DNA of 64,000 bases from Candidatus Aminicenantes bacterium (GCA_963702005.1 OY969696.1:192001-256000), one strand, 5' to 3'; shown: positions 16,680 through 28,039, counted from the first letter of the stretch. The notes: a model not told the origin generated them from the letters alone. A program made the numbers and translations.

Positions 16680-18710
16680 CTATTGAACCACAAAATAGCT
16701 GGAGACAAACGCCTTCGATCCGGAAGCCGTCTCATCCGCGAATATATAGAGAGCATATTCTCCCGGCTTTAGCTCCCCTATCGCAAGCTCCAATAAACAA
16801 ATGGATATTCCCGGATTCTGGCTTTGCTTCACGATAGACGTTGGAATCGGGATTCTCTCCCCGGAAGAAACATTGACGAGCTGGCCGGAGAAGGCCAGTT
16901 CAGGCTTCGTTGAAATGGACTCGAGGCAGCGGACGAGAGCGAATAGTTTCGTTTGCGCTTTATCAAGCGGTTCCATAAGCGGACAATATCGCTCTCCATC
17001 AAAAGGATAGATATCGGAGAATCGGACCCGCTGGTGATCTTTATTTGCTCGATCCCCTTCATTCAGGAAGACCGTTCCTTGCCCCGTTTTCAGCAGGAGC
17101 GGCGGCAAAAGCGTTAGGCCTGATTTCGGCCCGCCGGGAACGTTGACCCGATAAGAGCCTCTCGCTCCCATCCCGCTCGCCATATTCCTGAGGACAACCC
17201 GGCATTCGTATCGGCCCGGAGAAAGCGAGACCGCGGAACCAAAAAACGCTTCTTCCGCTGCCGACGGCCATCCTCCGATCTCTTCCCTTTCCAGCGCAAC
17301 CACATCATTGTTTTGATCAAACATGAGGGTTGCGACTTCGGACTTCTCCCCCGCCATCTCCCTGATCTTCTTGACCGGAATCTTGGCCAGGATCGCGAGA
17401 TCCGTCTTTTCTCCGACGGCATAGGGCAAAACGAGCAGCGGGAAATCGACGGGCTCTTGAAGATGAGGCTTTTCGCTCAAGGCCAGGTCGATGAGATGGA
17501 GGACCTTTTCATTTTCCGAATACTCAGAGAAGAGTTTCGGGTTGAAATATCCTTTTTGTCCGAAGACGGAGCATCCTTCCCTCTTGACCTCGACCCGGAC
17601 ATTATGGAAACGGCCGTCCCACTTTTCGTCGATATAATATCCAAGCACATAGTAGGTTCCGGTTACCTGTTGAATCGTCCGGTTAATGTTCTCATAGCTG
17701 TTGATGTTGTCGAAATACTTGCCGCCCGAGTCCCTGGCCAATTGTCTGAGTGCTCCATCGCCCCTCAGGTCGCTTTCTTCGAAAGGCGCGGACCCGGCGC
17801 TGGAGACGTTGACGGCATAGACTGCGCTGTTTGAGCCCGCCAGTTCCTTGCACATCTCGTTGTAGCGGTCTCGCAACGCGGCATCCCCCCACTGGCCTCC
17901 CGTTTCGTCAATGAGATTTGACCCTCCATAGAGCGCATAATTTGGGATTCCGGAGGAGAATAGAATAATATTCTTAATACCGGGAATGTTTCGGAGCGCC
18001 TTTGCCAGCTCTGAAATCTGCGAAGCGAAGCCGATGGCTTCTTTTTTCAAGATAGATTGTTCCGCTCCGGCGATTCTGCTTGTCGTATCGGAGCCAATGG
18101 CCCTATCCAACTTCAGATGATCTTTAAGCCACTCGCTTTCGATCCCCCAGGCTCTCCCCAGGAATTGGCTAGGTCCCAAACCCGCGACGACTTGGCGGAT
18201 TCTCCGGTGGTCGGACGTCAGATATTCGTGGAGAGTCAGGCCTTTTCTCGCCGAAAACGATATAACCCCGACTTCGTCTTCGGGACGGATCTGGGTGTCG
18301 AGAAAATTCAGCGCGGCCGTCCTCGATTTGGAGATTCCCGCTTTATTGTTGAAGGCGAAATCGAAAAACAGGAAGAACTTCCGGTTTGTTTTTGAAACAG
18401 GCCCGGAAGGGACAGAAGATGGCGGGACTTGTGGAATTTGATCCAGGGACAACTCGTGGCTTTCGAAATCCGTAATGGGCTTGGCTTGGCCATTGTCATA
18501 AAGCTCAAAGTCGGCTTTGGCTAAATCGGCGACGGCATTTCCAGACTTATCCAGGATATAAACCTGTACCAATTTCAGCGTTACGGAGACCTCATGGTGT
18601 AGGGCGGCTTGATTTTTATTCTCTTGCTCCTGCCGAGGCTGAGACGGCAAACTTAAACAAACAATTAAGAGTACAAGACAGGAGATTTTAAAAAATAATG
18701 ACTCCTTCAT
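16680..18710 (-). CDS. VWA domain protein (acidobacterial VWFA-related type)
   Basis: HEVSVTLKLVQVYILDKSG, DFELYDNG, KNIILFSSG, LARDSGG, YYVLGYY, DGRFHNVRV. Confidence 0.85.
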   Translation of the reverse strand: MKESLFFKISCLVLLIVCLSLPSQPRQEQENKNQAALHHEVSVTLKLVQVYILDKSGNAVADLAKADFELYDNGQAKPITDFESHELSLDQIPQVPPSSVPSGPVSKTNRKFFLFFDFAFNNKAGISKSRTAALNFLDTQIRPEDEVGVISFSARKGLTLHEYLTSDHRRIRQVVAGLGPSQFLGRAWGIESEWLKDHLKLDRAIGSDTTSRIAGAEQSILKKEAIGFASQISELAKALRNIPGIKNIILFSSGIPNYALYGGSNLIDETGGQWGDAALRDRYNEMCKELAGSNSAVYAVNVSSAGSAPFEESDLRGDGALRQLARDSGGKYFDNINSYENINRTIQQVTGTYYVLGYYIDEKWDGRFHNVRVEVKREGCSVFGQKGYFNPKLFSEYSENEKVLHLIDLALSEKPHLQEPVDFPLLVLPYAVGEKTDLAILAKIPVKKIREMAGEKSEVATLMFDQNNDVVALEREEIGGWPSAAEEAFFGSAVSLSPGRYECRVVLRNMASGMGARGSYRVNVPGGPKSGLTLLPPLLLKTGQGTVFLNEGDRANKDHQRVRFSDIYPFDGERYCPLMEPLDKAQTKLFALVRCLESISTKPELAFSGQLVNVSSGERIPIPTSIVKQSQNPGISICLLELAIGELKPGEYALYIFADETASGSKAFVSSYFVVQ

Positions 18711-18795
18711 CTCGATATGGTCCCTCGTAGAATAGCTTATTTTGCTCTTGCCGGATTCGCCTTATTAAATTTCGCGTATCATCGCGGACTCCGGC

Positions 18796-21012
18796 TCAGC
18801 CTTCAGCGAGGTTCATCTTCTTCAACAATGGCTTGAACCGAGAGTCCTCCTGAAGTTGGGGAACGAACAGCTTGGTGTAGATATGAATGAACGGCATCAA
18901 GGTATCACGCTCCTCATAGGCCTTGTCAAAACAGGCAAAGGCTTCATCAAAATTCCCCAGGGTTCCCCACAACCACCCGATGCAGGTAGACGACACATAA
19001 GCCTTCTTCTTCTGGGCCAACATGTCCGCCAAGATTTTTTCGGCCTCCTGTTTTTCCCCTCTTCCCGCATGGATCATGCCGAGCCAACCATCCACCCAGC
19101 CGGCATAAACGGCCAATTCCTTGGACTTCTGAAAAGACGAGATCGCTTTTTCGAACTCCCTTCTTAAGGAATAAGCCACGCCGACATGGAAATAAGCGAG
19201 TCCCGAGCGGGGGTCCATCTCGACGGCTTTTTGAAATTCCGAGATGGCGGCATCGGGTTGCCCGACCGACCAATGGATGCCCACCGAAAAGGCATAGAAT
19301 AAAGGCTGGAGCGGATCCAAATCCAGAGCCAGTTTGATTTCCCTGGCGGCTTCTTCATATCGTCTCCGGGAGAGACAGAGCCAGGCATAGGTGGCATGGC
19401 TGATGGCGGCCCCGGGGTTGATGGCCAAGGCCCGCCCGAAGCTCCTCTCGGCGGTTTCCCAGTCCCACTCGAACCACAAGGCGATAGAAGCCGTTTGATA
19501 ATGAGCTTCGGCCAGGCGGCTGTCCAATTCCAGGGCCTTCTGAAAAGCCGCCTTGGCCTTGGGCAACACGTCCGCCGGAGAGGCCAGGCTCAAGATGCCC
19601 AAATTCGTATAGACGACGGCCATTCCGGCGTAGGCCAGCGCAAAATTCGGATCCCTGTCGATGGCTCTTCGGAAGTAGTCGAGGGCCGTATCCGAGGCTT
19701 CAAGGCTTGGCTTATAGGTAAAATAAAGGCCTTTAAGGTAGAGGTTATAAGCCTCCGGATCGTCCGTATGGCGTTTCTCGATGGCCGCCTTTTCTTGAGC
19801 CAGCAGCTTGACCTCCAAATTGTCCACGATGGCCTTGGCTATTTCGTCTTGGATGGCGAAGATGTCCTCCATCTCCCGGTCGAATTTCTCGGACCAGAGG
19901 TGAAAGCCGTCCTCGACCTTGATCAGCTGGGCCGTGATGCGCAGCTTGTTCCCGGCCTTTCGGATGCTTCCCTCGAGCACCGTGTCGACGCCCAATCTCC
20001 GGCCGGCGTCCCGCAGGTCGAGGTCCTTCCCTTTGAAGGCGAACGCCGAAGTCCGGGCCACGACGCGTAAATCCCTGATATGGGTCAGGCCGTTGATAAG
20101 CTCCTCGGCTATGCCGTCGCAAAAATATTCCTGGTCCTTCTGGGGGCTCATGTCCACAAAGGGAAAGACGGCGATCGAAGGCGTGCGCGCGCCGGAAGCG
20201 GGCTTGTCAAAGGATTTCAAGGCCTCGGCCAGGGCACCGGCGTCCTGGTATCGATTCCCGGAGTCCTTCTCGAGGCATCTGCGGACGATGGTCTCCAGTT
20301 GATCCGGAATCTCTTGTCCCGGGCGAAGGAGAGGGGGAGGCGTCTCGTTGAGAATCGAATGGATGACGGCCAGATCCCGGCCGCTCTGGAAAGGCCGACG
20401 GCCCGAGAGCATCTCGAACAGCACGCAGCCTAGCGACCAAATGTCGGTTCGCTGATCGACGACTCCGCCCCGCGCCTGCTCGGGCGCCATGTAGGCTAAG
20501 GTCCCCATGACGGCCATCGTCCTGGTCAGGTCGTCGCCCCGCTCGAGCAGCTTGGCCAGGCCGAAATCCATGATCTTCGCCTGGCCGTCCTCCGTCAGCA
20601 TGATATTGCCCGGCTTGATGTCCCGATGGACGATCCCCCGGCCGTGGGCGTTCTTAAGGCCTTCCGCCACCTGGACGGCAATAGTCACGGCTTCTGAAAT
20701 TCCAAGCGGTCCCGACGAGATTCGATCCTTTAAGCTCCGCCCTTTGATAAAGGCCATAGCGATATAGGTCTGGCCGTCGGCCTCGTTGATTTCATAGATT
20801 GTGCAGATATTGGGATGGTCCAAGGCCGCCGCCGCCTGCGCCTCCTGGACGAACCGCGCTTGGGCTTGGGGATCCCTCCTGAATTCGGCCGGCAGGAACT
20901 TCAGCGCGACCATCCTCTTGAGCTTCGTGTCCTCGGCCTTGTAGACGACTCCCATCCCGCCTTCCCCGATTTTCTCGAGGATTTTAAAGTGCGAAGCTGT
21001 TTTTCCGATCAT
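18796..21012 (-). CDS. Ser/Thr protein kinase with TolB-like and TPR domains
   Basis: [24 protein letters not shown]; [18 protein letters not shown]; TPR repeats. Confidence 0.95.
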   Translation of the reverse strand: MIGKTASHFKILEKIGEGGMGVVYKAEDTKLKRMVALKFLPAEFRRDPQAQARFVQEAQAAAALDHPNICTIYEINEADGQTYIAMAFIKGRSLKDRISSGPLGISEAVTIAVQVAEGLKNAHGRGIVHRDIKPGNIMLTEDGQAKIMDFGLAKLLERGDDLTRTMAVMGTLAYMAPEQARGGVVDQRTDIWSLGCVLFEMLSGRRPFQSGRDLAVIHSILNETPPPLLRPGQEIPDQLETIVRRCLEKDSGNRYQDAGALAEALKSFDKPASGARTPSIAVFPFVDMSPQKDQEYFCDGIAEELINGLTHIRDLRVVARTSAFAFKGKDLDLRDAGRRLGVDTVLEGSIRKAGNKLRITAQLIKVEDGFHLWSEKFDREMEDIFAIQDEIAKAIVDNLEVKLLAQEKAAIEKRHTDDPEAYNLYLKGLYFTYKPSLEASDTALDYFRRAIDRDPNFALAYAGMAVVYTNLGILSLASPADVLPKAKAAFQKALELDSRLAEAHYQTASIALWFEWDWETAERSFGRALAINPGAAISHATYAWLCLSRRRYEEAAREIKLALDLDPLQPLFYAFSVGIHWSVGQPDAAISEFQKAVEMDPRSGLAYFHVGVAYSLRREFEKAISSFQKSKELAVYAGWVDGWLGMIHAGRGEKQEAEKILADMLAQKKKAYVSSTCIGWLWGTLGNFDEAFACFDKAYEERDTLMPFIHIYTKLFVPQLQEDSRFKPLLKKMNLAEG

Positions 21013-21267
21013 CGGCTGCTCCCGATTTCCCGATATTCTTGACTGAGAGCAATGAAAGCACTTCCCCTTTCGTCCTGCCCGGAATTGATGCCGCCTCTTA
21101 GGAAATCATGTTATCTCCCTCCGGCGCGCGAAGTCAAGACGCCGAGCCAAGGCGCCAACGCCAAGGATTCCATGAACCTTGATCTCTCCGATTCCGTAGA
21201 TAGATACGCGGATGCCAGGGATTTACCCGGGTCCTTATGTTAGAATCGGACTCGCAGGAGGCGTCGC

Positions 21268-23214
21268 ATGAAAAAAGCTTTTCTATTATTCGCCGCCAGC
21301 GCCCTCATCTCCGGCGGCGGCCTCTGGGGAGCGCTGAGCCGCCAGGTCGTCAGCTACGACATCCAGGCCCGCCTCGTTCCCGACACGAAAACGGTCCTAG
21401 GACACGAGGTCATGACCTGGACCAACGATTCCGCGACCCCGGTCGGCGAGCTCCGCTTCCACCTCTACATGAACGCCTTCAAGAACAATCGGACGACCTT
21501 CATGACCGAGAGCGGGGGCGCCCACCGGGGATTCAAGGCGGATAAGGACAACTGGGGCTTCATCACCGTCAAAAAGATCGCCGTCCGGGACGGCGCCGAC
21601 CTGACCGGCGCCATGGCCGCCGTCCAACCCGACGACCGGAATCCCGACGACCAGACCGTGATGAAGGTGGATCTGCCGGCGCCCGTGGCGCCGCAAGCGT
21701 CGATCACCCTGGTCATCGATTTCGAGACCAAGCTGCCCAAGGTGTTCGCCCGCGCCGGGTTCTCCGGGAATTTCTTCATGATCGGGCAGTGGTTCCCCAA
21801 AATCGGCGTCTTCTGGAACGGCGCCTGGAACTGCCACCAGTACCACGCCCACTCCGAGTTCTTCGCCGACTACGGAGCCTTCCGGGTCGAACTCACGGTC
21901 CCGGCCGACTACGTCGTCGGAGCCACCGGCAAGCGGACCGCGGAAACCCGGAACGACGATGGGACGGTGACCTATCGACACGTCCAGGAGGACGTTCACG
22001 ACTTCGCCTGGACGGCCTGCCCGGAGTTCGTCGAGTTCAGGGATACATTCGTTCTAAACGACCCGCCCGTCTCCACCGAGATGATCCTGCTCATCCACCG
22101 CAGCCACCTCGGCCAGAAGGACCGCTACGCCCGGGCCCTTCGCCAAGGCCTGGAGTTCTACAGCCGGAACTACGGCCCCTATCCCTACCCGACGATCACG
22201 CTGGTCGACCCGGCCCCGGGAGCGATGGCCGCCGGCGGGATGGAATATCCTACGCTGTTCACGGCCGACACGACGAGCTGGATGCCCAAGGGCATCCTAC
22301 TCCCCGAAATGGTCACCATTCACGAGTTCGGGCACGGCTACTGGTACGGGATCGTGGGCTCGAACGAGTTCGAGGAAGCCTGGCTCGACGAGGGCATCAA
22401 CTCCTACTCCGAAGTCAAGGCCCTGAACCATTATTACGGCGCCGACCGGTCGCTCATCGATTTCGGCGGCCTCCGGATCGGGGATCTCGATTATCACCGG
22501 GTGGCCGTGATGGGCTCGGGGCGGTTCGATCCGATCGTCAAGAACTCCTGGGATTACGTCAGCGGATCGAGCTACGGCCTGAACGTCTATTCCAAGGCGG
22601 CCTTGATGATGCTGACGCTCGAAAACTGGCTGGGCGAGGACGCAATGTCCAGGATCATGAAAACGTACTACGAGCGCTGGAAATTCCGCCATCCGACGAC
22701 CGGGGATTTCGTCCGCGTCGCCGAGGAAGTGAGCGGCAAAGACCTGGCCTGGTTCTTCAACCAAGTCCTCTACAGCCCGGATAAACTCGATTACGCCGTC
22801 ACCGACCTTACCTCCTTGGAGGTCAAAGAACCCGTCGGCGTTTTCGACGGCCAAGTTCGGCCTACGGAATCCGCGCGAGACCTGAAGAGCGCGGCGCCCC
22901 CCAAGCAGTTCCGCAGCGAAGTCGTCGTCGCCCGGCTCGGAGAATGGGTCTTTCCTCAGGAGATTCTGGTCGAGTTCGGCGACGGACACAAGGTTCGGGA
23001 AACCTGGGACGGCCGGGACCGCTGGAAACGTTTCGCCTATACCGGCCCCGCCAAGGTCGTACGGGCCGAGGTCGACCCCGACCATAAGCTGGTCCTCGAC
23101 CTGAACCTCACCAACAACAGCATGATTCTGGAGCCGAAACGAGGGCCGGTCCTGAAATACGCGCTCGGCTTCACGGCCTGGTTCCAAGGCCTCCTCTCCC
23201 TGATTTCGCTTTGA
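21268..23214 (+). CDS. M1 family metallo-aminopeptidase (exported)
   Basis: GGMEYP, HEFGH, WLDEG and YSK motifs; signal peptide. Confidence 0.92.
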   Translation: MKKAFLLFAASALISGGGLWGALSRQVVSYDIQARLVPDTKTVLGHEVMTWTNDSATPVGELRFHLYMNAFKNNRTTFMTESGGAHRGFKADKDNWGFITVKKIAVRDGADLTGAMAAVQPDDRNPDDQTVMKVDLPAPVAPQASITLVIDFETKLPKVFARAGFSGNFFMIGQWFPKIGVFWNGAWNCHQYHAHSEFFADYGAFRVELTVPADYVVGATGKRTAETRNDDGTVTYRHVQEDVHDFAWTACPEFVEFRDTFVLNDPPVSTEMILLIHRSHLGQKDRYARALRQGLEFYSRNYGPYPYPTITLVDPAPGAMAAGGMEYPTLFTADTTSWMPKGILLPEMVTIHEFGHGYWYGIVGSNEFEEAWLDEGINSYSEVKALNHYYGADRSLIDFGGLRIGDLDYHRVAVMGSGRFDPIVKNSWDYVSGSSYGLNVYSKAALMMLTLENWLGEDAMSRIMKTYYERWKFRHPTTGDFVRVAEEVSGKDLAWFFNQVLYSPDKLDYAVTDLTSLEVKEPVGVFDGQVRPTESARDLKSAAPPKQFRSEVVVARLGEWVFPQEILVEFGDGHKVRETWDGRDRWKRFAYTGPAKVVRAEVDPDHKLVLDLNLTNNSMILEPKRGPVLKYALGFTAWFQGLLSLISL

Positions 23215-23228
23215 AAGGGACGGCCGCC

Positions 23229-24158
23229 ATGAAAATACCAGCCGCTTACGGCAAAGGGATCCGGGAGGCGACCTCCCGGCCGAAAATCGTCCTGATCCTG
23301 TGGTTGGCGAACCTCCTGTTCGCTTCGCTTGCTTATGTGCTGTTTTCGAGCGTTTTCGCCTCCGCGCTCGGCCGGAGCGGTCTGGCCGCCGGATTGATGA
23401 AGAAAGCCGACACGAACTTTTTTTTCGAGGCCCTGACGACCTCGGGACGTCCCCTGGGCGTCATGATGGCCGCGCTCACGACCCTCCTCCTGATCTATTT
23501 CCTGGCCTCCATTTTTCTCCAGGGCGGAATCCTGCGCGGATTGTTGGACGGGTCGAGCGAGAAACGGTCGGGACGAGTCTTTTTCGCCGGCGGCGCCGCG
23601 TTCTACGGCCGATTCCTTCGGCTCGCGCTTTGCTCAGTCCTCCTTTGGCTTCCGGCCGCGCTCATCCTGATCGTGCTGAACGTTCTGTTGAAAGCCGCCG
23701 GCAAGGGATCGACCAACGAACAGCTCGGCTTCGATCTAAGGCTGCTATGGATCGTCCTATGGGTTTTCCTTTTGTTTCTCATCAAAATGATCATGGACTA
23801 TGCCCGGATCCGGATCGCGGTTCAGGATTCGCGCAAAGTCCTGAAGGCCTTGTTCGGTTCCGTTCGATTCGTTTTCCGCCGGCCCGTCCTGACCCTGGGG
23901 CTGTATTATCTCCTGGGTCTCACCGGGTGGGCGATGTTCGCCGTTTGGAGACTCCTCCATTCGGCCTTGTCCCCGACGAATCTTGGAGCCGTTTGGATCG
24001 GCTTTCTGCTGGCGCAGGTGTTTATCGCCGGCCGGGGATGGCTCGGCATCGCCTATTCGTCGGCCCAGCTGCAGATCTTCACGATGAGCGAGTCGGGGAA
24101 TCCCGCCGCTGCGGCCTCGGGCGCCGAGCCCGCGGCGCAGCCTTCGCTAGCCGCGTAA
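23229..24158 (+). CDS. Multi-pass membrane protein coupled to the M1 peptidase
   Basis: About 6 hydrophobic segments; MDYARIRI motif; directly downstream of the peptidase. Confidence 0.75.
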   Translation: MKIPAAYGKGIREATSRPKIVLILWLANLLFASLAYVLFSSVFASALGRSGLAAGLMKKADTNFFFEALTTSGRPLGVMMAALTTLLLIYFLASIFLQGGILRGLLDGSSEKRSGRVFFAGGAAFYGRFLRLALCSVLLWLPAALILIVLNVLLKAAGKGSTNEQLGFDLRLLWIVLWVFLLFLIKMIMDYARIRIAVQDSRKVLKALFGSVRFVFRRPVLTLGLYYLLGLTGWAMFAVWRLLHSALSPTNLGAVWIGFLLAQVFIAGRGWLGIAYSSAQLQIFTMSESGNPAAAASGAEPAAQPSLAA

Positions 24159-24164
24159 CAATCT

Positions 24165-24202
24165 AAAATAAACGGGGCTGCACCCGAAAGGTCGCGGCCC
24201 CG
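24165..24202 (-). terminator. Intrinsic terminator after hup (convergent genes)
   Basis: On the minus strand: cggggccgcg...gcagccccg stem followed by tttatttt. Confidence 0.6.
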
Positions 24203-24234
24203 CGTTCCGTGTTCGTCCGATGCCGATGCCAAAA

Positions 24235-24516
24235 TCAGGTGAGGACGGCGTCCTTGCAGGCCTTGGCGACCCGGAACTTGACGACCCGCTTGGCCGGGAT
24301 CTGGATCGTCTCGCCCGTCGCCGGATTGCGGCCGATGCGCGCCTTGCGGTCGACCAGCACGAGCTTGCCCAAGCCGGGAACCGTGAACCCGTCCTTGGCG
24401 TTCTTGTGGGCCATCGTCACCAGCTCCTCGATCGCGGCGCCGGCTTGCTTCTTTGTGATTCCGGCCTTCTCGGCCACTCCGGCGATGATCTGTCCCTTGG
24501 TCAGTGTCTTTGGCAT
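24235..24516 (-). CDS. hup: HU family DNA-binding protein
   Basis: LTKGQII...GFTVPGLGKLVLVDRKARIGRNPATGETIQIPAKRVVKFR. Confidence 0.95.
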   Translation of the reverse strand: MPKTLTKGQIIAGVAEKAGITKKQAGAAIEELVTMAHKNAKDGFTVPGLGKLVLVDRKARIGRNPATGETIQIPAKRVVKFRVAKACKDAVLT

Positions 24517-24631
24517 ATGGTCCTCTCCTTAAAAAAATTTCAATCGTTTGAACCTTTTCGTTCCACGATCATCGGCGGCAATATATACGGATTTTGCCCG
24601 AAAATCAACCCCCCCGGCCCTTTTTCCTTTT

Positions 24632-24660
24632 TTGATTGACTCCGCCAAATGACCTATACT
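24632..24660 (+). promoter_or_regulatory. sigma70 promoter of the response regulator
   Basis: TTGATT-N17-TATACT upstream of ATG 24678. Confidence 0.55.
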
Positions 24661-24677
24661 CTAAGTGGAAAAAGACC

Positions 24678-26033
24678 ATGGCCGAAGCGCCGGAACGCCC
24701 CTGGCTGAACGTCCTCGTCGTGGACGACGAGATCAACATCCGCAAGACGCTGACGACCTGCCTCGAAACGGAGGGCCACAAGGTCATCGCCGTCAGCAAC
24801 GCCCAGGATGCGCTGGCCGAGGCCTCGCGGAGATCGTTCGAGCTGGCCTTCGTCGACCTCCGGCTCGGGACGGACGACGGACTCGACCTCATCCCTTCGC
24901 TGCTGAGCGCGACGCCCTGGCTCAAGATCATCGTCATCACGGCCTATGCCTCGATCGACACGGCCGTCGAGGCGATGCGGCGCGGCGCGTCCGACTATAT
25001 CCCGAAGCCGTTCACGCCGGCCCAGATCAAGCTGGCCGTCCAGAAAGTGTCCGCGGCCAGGGAGCTGGAGCAGAAGGTCGCGGCCCTCCAGGAGGTCCTG
25101 GGGCGGGTTCATCCCGAGGTTGATTTTACGAGCGCCAGCCCGGCCATGGAGCGCGTCCTGAACCTGGCGCGTCAGGTCGCCGCCTCCGACGCGACGATCC
25201 TCCTCCGCGGAGAGAGCGGGACGGGCAAGACCGTTCTGGCCCGGGCCGTTCATTCCTGGAGCCGCCGGGCCGCCCGGCCCTTTGGCGTCGTGTCCTGCCC
25301 GGCCTTCCCGGCCGAGCTCCTGGAGAGCGAGCTGTTCGGGCACGTCCGCGGGGCTTTTACGGGAGCGGTCCGCGACAACCCGGGCCGGATCGCCGCCTCG
25401 GAGGGAGGGACGCTCTTCCTGGACGAAATCAGCGACCTCCCCCCGTCCCTGCAGCCCAAGCTTCTGCGCTTCCTCCAAGACAAAGACTACGAACGGGTCG
25501 GCGACAACCTGACCCGCAAGGCCGATGTCCGGATCATGGCGGCCTCCAACGTTGATATAGAACTCGCCGTCCGAGAAGGGCGATTCCGGGAGGACCTCTT
25601 CTACCGGCTCAACGTCATTTCGATCGAGATTCCGCCGCTGAGGGAGCGCCCCGAGGACGTGGCCGCCCTGGCGGAACGCATGCTGGCCTTTTTCGGAAGG
25701 GTCAACCATCGCTCGTTCCTGGGCTTCACGCCGGAGGCGCTCCAGGCTCTCCAACGCTACCGCTGGCCGGGCAATCTCCGCGAGCTCAGCAACGTCGTCG
25801 AACGGGCCGCCATCTTGTGTCGATCCGACCGGGTCGGCCTCGAATGCCTCCCCGCCGGGCTCTGGCCGGGAGATCCCTCCCCCCGAATCGGCGATCCGGT
25901 GACGATCGACAAGATCGAGGAGCAGCACATCCGACGGGTCCTGGCGAATTCGAAATCTCTGGCCGAAGCCGCGGCCCTCCTGGGCATCGATCAAGCCACC
26001 CTCTGGCGTCGCCGCAAAAAGTACGGGATTTAA
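24678..26033 (+). CDS. sigma54-dependent response regulator (REC-AAA+-Fis HTH; AlgB-like)
   Basis: [56 protein letters not shown]. Confidence 0.93.
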   Translation: MAEAPERPWLNVLVVDDEINIRKTLTTCLETEGHKVIAVSNAQDALAEASRRSFELAFVDLRLGTDDGLDLIPSLLSATPWLKIIVITAYASIDTAVEAMRRGASDYIPKPFTPAQIKLAVQKVSAARELEQKVAALQEVLGRVHPEVDFTSASPAMERVLNLARQVAASDATILLRGESGTGKTVLARAVHSWSRRAARPFGVVSCPAFPAELLESELFGHVRGAFTGAVRDNPGRIAASEGGTLFLDEISDLPPSLQPKLLRFLQDKDYERVGDNLTRKADVRIMAASNVDIELAVREGRFREDLFYRLNVISIEIPPLRERPEDVAALAERMLAFFGRVNHRSFLGFTPEALQALQRYRWPGNLRELSNVVERAAILCRSDRVGLECLPAGLWPGDPSPRIGDPVTIDKIEEQHIRRVLANSKSLAEAAALLGIDQATLWRRRKKYGI

Positions 26034-26047
26034 GGCCGTCCCTCCCC

Positions 26048-26088
26048 GCAGTTTTCAATGGCCGCTTGAGACGCCTATTGAAAAATGC
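26048..26088. promoter_or_regulatory. Inverted repeat, candidate activator UAS
   Basis: GCAGTTTTCAAT-N17-ATTGAAAAATGC (11/12 match), about 70-105 bp upstream of the -24 element, followed by an AT-rich IHF-like tract (TATCAATTAGATA). Confidence 0.5.
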
Positions 26089-26154
26089 AAGGCTCCTTGC
26101 CGACGCTCTGCATTTATCTTATTTATTATCAATTAGATAAAAGCACTGCCGGAT

Positions 26155-26170
26155 TGGCACGTTCTTTGTA
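26155..26170 (+). promoter_or_regulatory. sigma54 -24/-12 promoter of the kinase-kdp operon
   Basis: TGGCAC-GTTCT-TTGTA versus consensus TGGCAC-N5-TTGCW (one mismatch at -12). Confidence 0.7.
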
Positions 26171-26194
26171 TAACATACGAGAGAGGAAATAAAG

Positions 26195-28039
26195 ATGCTC
26201 GGAGTCCGCTCTAAGCTGTCGCTGGGATTCGGAGGGCTGCTGTTGATCATCGGGCTCCTCGGCGTCCAGAGCATTCTCTACCTGACGAGGCTGGGAGCCT
26301 CCGTCGACGTCATCCTGCGCGAAAACTACCGGAGCGTCATCGCCAGCCAGACCATGAAGGAGGCCCTGGAGCGGATCGACAGCGGCGTCCTGTTCGGCCT
26401 CCTGGGATACGGGCCGAGAGGGAACGAGCTTATCGCCAAGAACCAGGCACTCTTTGAACAGGCCCTCCAAACTGAGTTGAACAACCTGACCGTCCCCGGA
26501 GAGAAAGAGAGAGCCTTCGAGCTCCGGGAACTCTACGAACGATACCGGAACATCCTGGGAAGTTTCGTCGCCCCGGCAGATCCGCTCGCCCGCCGGACCG
26601 AAGTCTACTTCGCGAGCCTCCTCCCTCTGTTCGGACGTATTAAGAATGCCGCGGACGACATCCTCCAGATGAATCAGCGGAACATGCTCGAAGCGAACGA
26701 CCGCGCCCGACGCGTCGCCGCGGGCGCGCGAAGGCAGATGGTCATCCTCCTCTTCGTCGGAACGATCGTAGCGGCCGGCTTCGTCGTCCTGGCCGGACGC
26801 TGGATCCTGGGTCCGATCCGCCATCTGACGCAATCCGCCGACGAAATTCGGCGCGGCAACCTGGACCTCATCGTCCGGGGCAGCTCCCGCGACGAGTTCG
26901 GACGGCTGTCCGACACCTTCAATGCCATGGCGGCCAGCCTCAGGGAATTCCGCCGCAGCGACCAGGCCAAGTTCGTCCGGGTCCAGCGGGCGACCCAGCG
27001 GGCCTTCGACAGCCTGCCGGAGGCAGCCGCCGTCGTGGACCTTGAGGGCGCGGTCGAGGTCGCAACCGAAGCGGCCGGGAGCGTCTTCGGACTCAAGCCC
27101 GGCGTACGTCTCGGCGACCTGGCGGACGATTGGCTCCGGCGCCTTTTCGACGAGGCCGCTTTGGCGGCCCCGTCCTCTCGGCCCAAGATTTCGCCCAAGC
27201 TCGTCCAGCGCTTCGTCGACGGCGAGGAACGGTACTTCCGCCCCGAAGCGGTTTCCATCCTGGACGACGACCGGCGGCCGGCCGGAGTCATCCTGGTCTT
27301 CCAGGACGTGACCCAGCTCCGCCAGCAGGACGAGATCAAGCGCGGCGTCATCTCGACCGTTTCCCATCAGCTCAAGACGCCCTTGACCTCGGTCCGGATG
27401 GCGATCCACCTTCTGCTCGAGGAAAAGGTCGGAGCGCTGAACGAGAAGCAGGCCGAGCTCCTGGTCGCCGCCCGGGAGGACAGCGATCGCCTCCACGGCA
27501 TCCTCGACAACCTCCTCGACCTCAGCCGGATAGAGTCGGGACGGGCCCGGCTCGAATTCGAGGCCATCGGAGTCCAGGCTCTGGTTTGGGAGGCGCTTGA
27601 ACCGTACCGGCGCACGGCCCAGGATCAAGGGCTAGCCCTGGACGCCGACATTCCCGGAGGCCTGCCCGACGTCTGGGCCGACAGAACCCGCATCCACCAT
27701 GTCTTCGCCAACCTCCTCACGAACGCTCTCAGGTTCACCCCGCCCGGCGGCCGGATCACTCTGGCGGCGAAGCCGGAAGAAGATTGGGTCCGCTTTTCGG
27801 TCGCGGATACCGGCGGCGGCATTCCCCAGGCCTATCTGCACGGCATCTTCGAGCCCTTTTTCCGGGTCCCCGATCAAGGGACCGAGACCGGAGCCGGGCT
27901 TGGTCTGGCCATCGTCAAGGAAATCGTGGAGGCGCACGGAGGCTCGGTCGGCGTCGAAAGCGTCGAGGGCCGGGGGTCGACCTTCACGTTCACCCTGAGA
28001 CGTGCCGACCGGGCCAGCCCCAAGGGGAACCTTCCATGA
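26195..28039 (+). CDS. Sensor histidine kinase (4-helix sensor-HAMP-PAS-HisKA-HATPase; KinB-like)
   Basis: Two TM helices, ILRENYRSV, HAMP, SHQLKTPLTS, NLLTNA, DTGGGI, GAGLGLAI. Confidence 0.92.
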   Translation: MLGVRSKLSLGFGGLLLIIGLLGVQSILYLTRLGASVDVILRENYRSVIASQTMKEALERIDSGVLFGLLGYGPRGNELIAKNQALFEQALQTELNNLTVPGEKERAFELRELYERYRNILGSFVAPADPLARRTEVYFASLLPLFGRIKNAADDILQMNQRNMLEANDRARRVAAGARRQMVILLFVGTIVAAGFVVLAGRWILGPIRHLTQSADEIRRGNLDLIVRGSSRDEFGRLSDTFNAMAASLREFRRSDQAKFVRVQRATQRAFDSLPEAAAVVDLEGAVEVATEAAGSVFGLKPGVRLGDLADDWLRRLFDEAALAAPSSRPKISPKLVQRFVDGEERYFRPEAVSILDDDRRPAGVILVFQDVTQLRQQDEIKRGVISTVSHQLKTPLTSVRMAIHLLLEEKVGALNEKQAELLVAAREDSDRLHGILDNLLDLSRIESGRARLEFEAIGVQALVWEALEPYRRTAQDQGLALDADIPGGLPDVWADRTRIHHVFANLLTNALRFTPPGGRITLAAKPEEDWVRFSVADTGGGIPQAYLHGIFEPFFRVPDQGTETGAGLGLAIVKEIVEAHGGSVGVESVEGRGSTFTFTLRRADRASPKGNLP

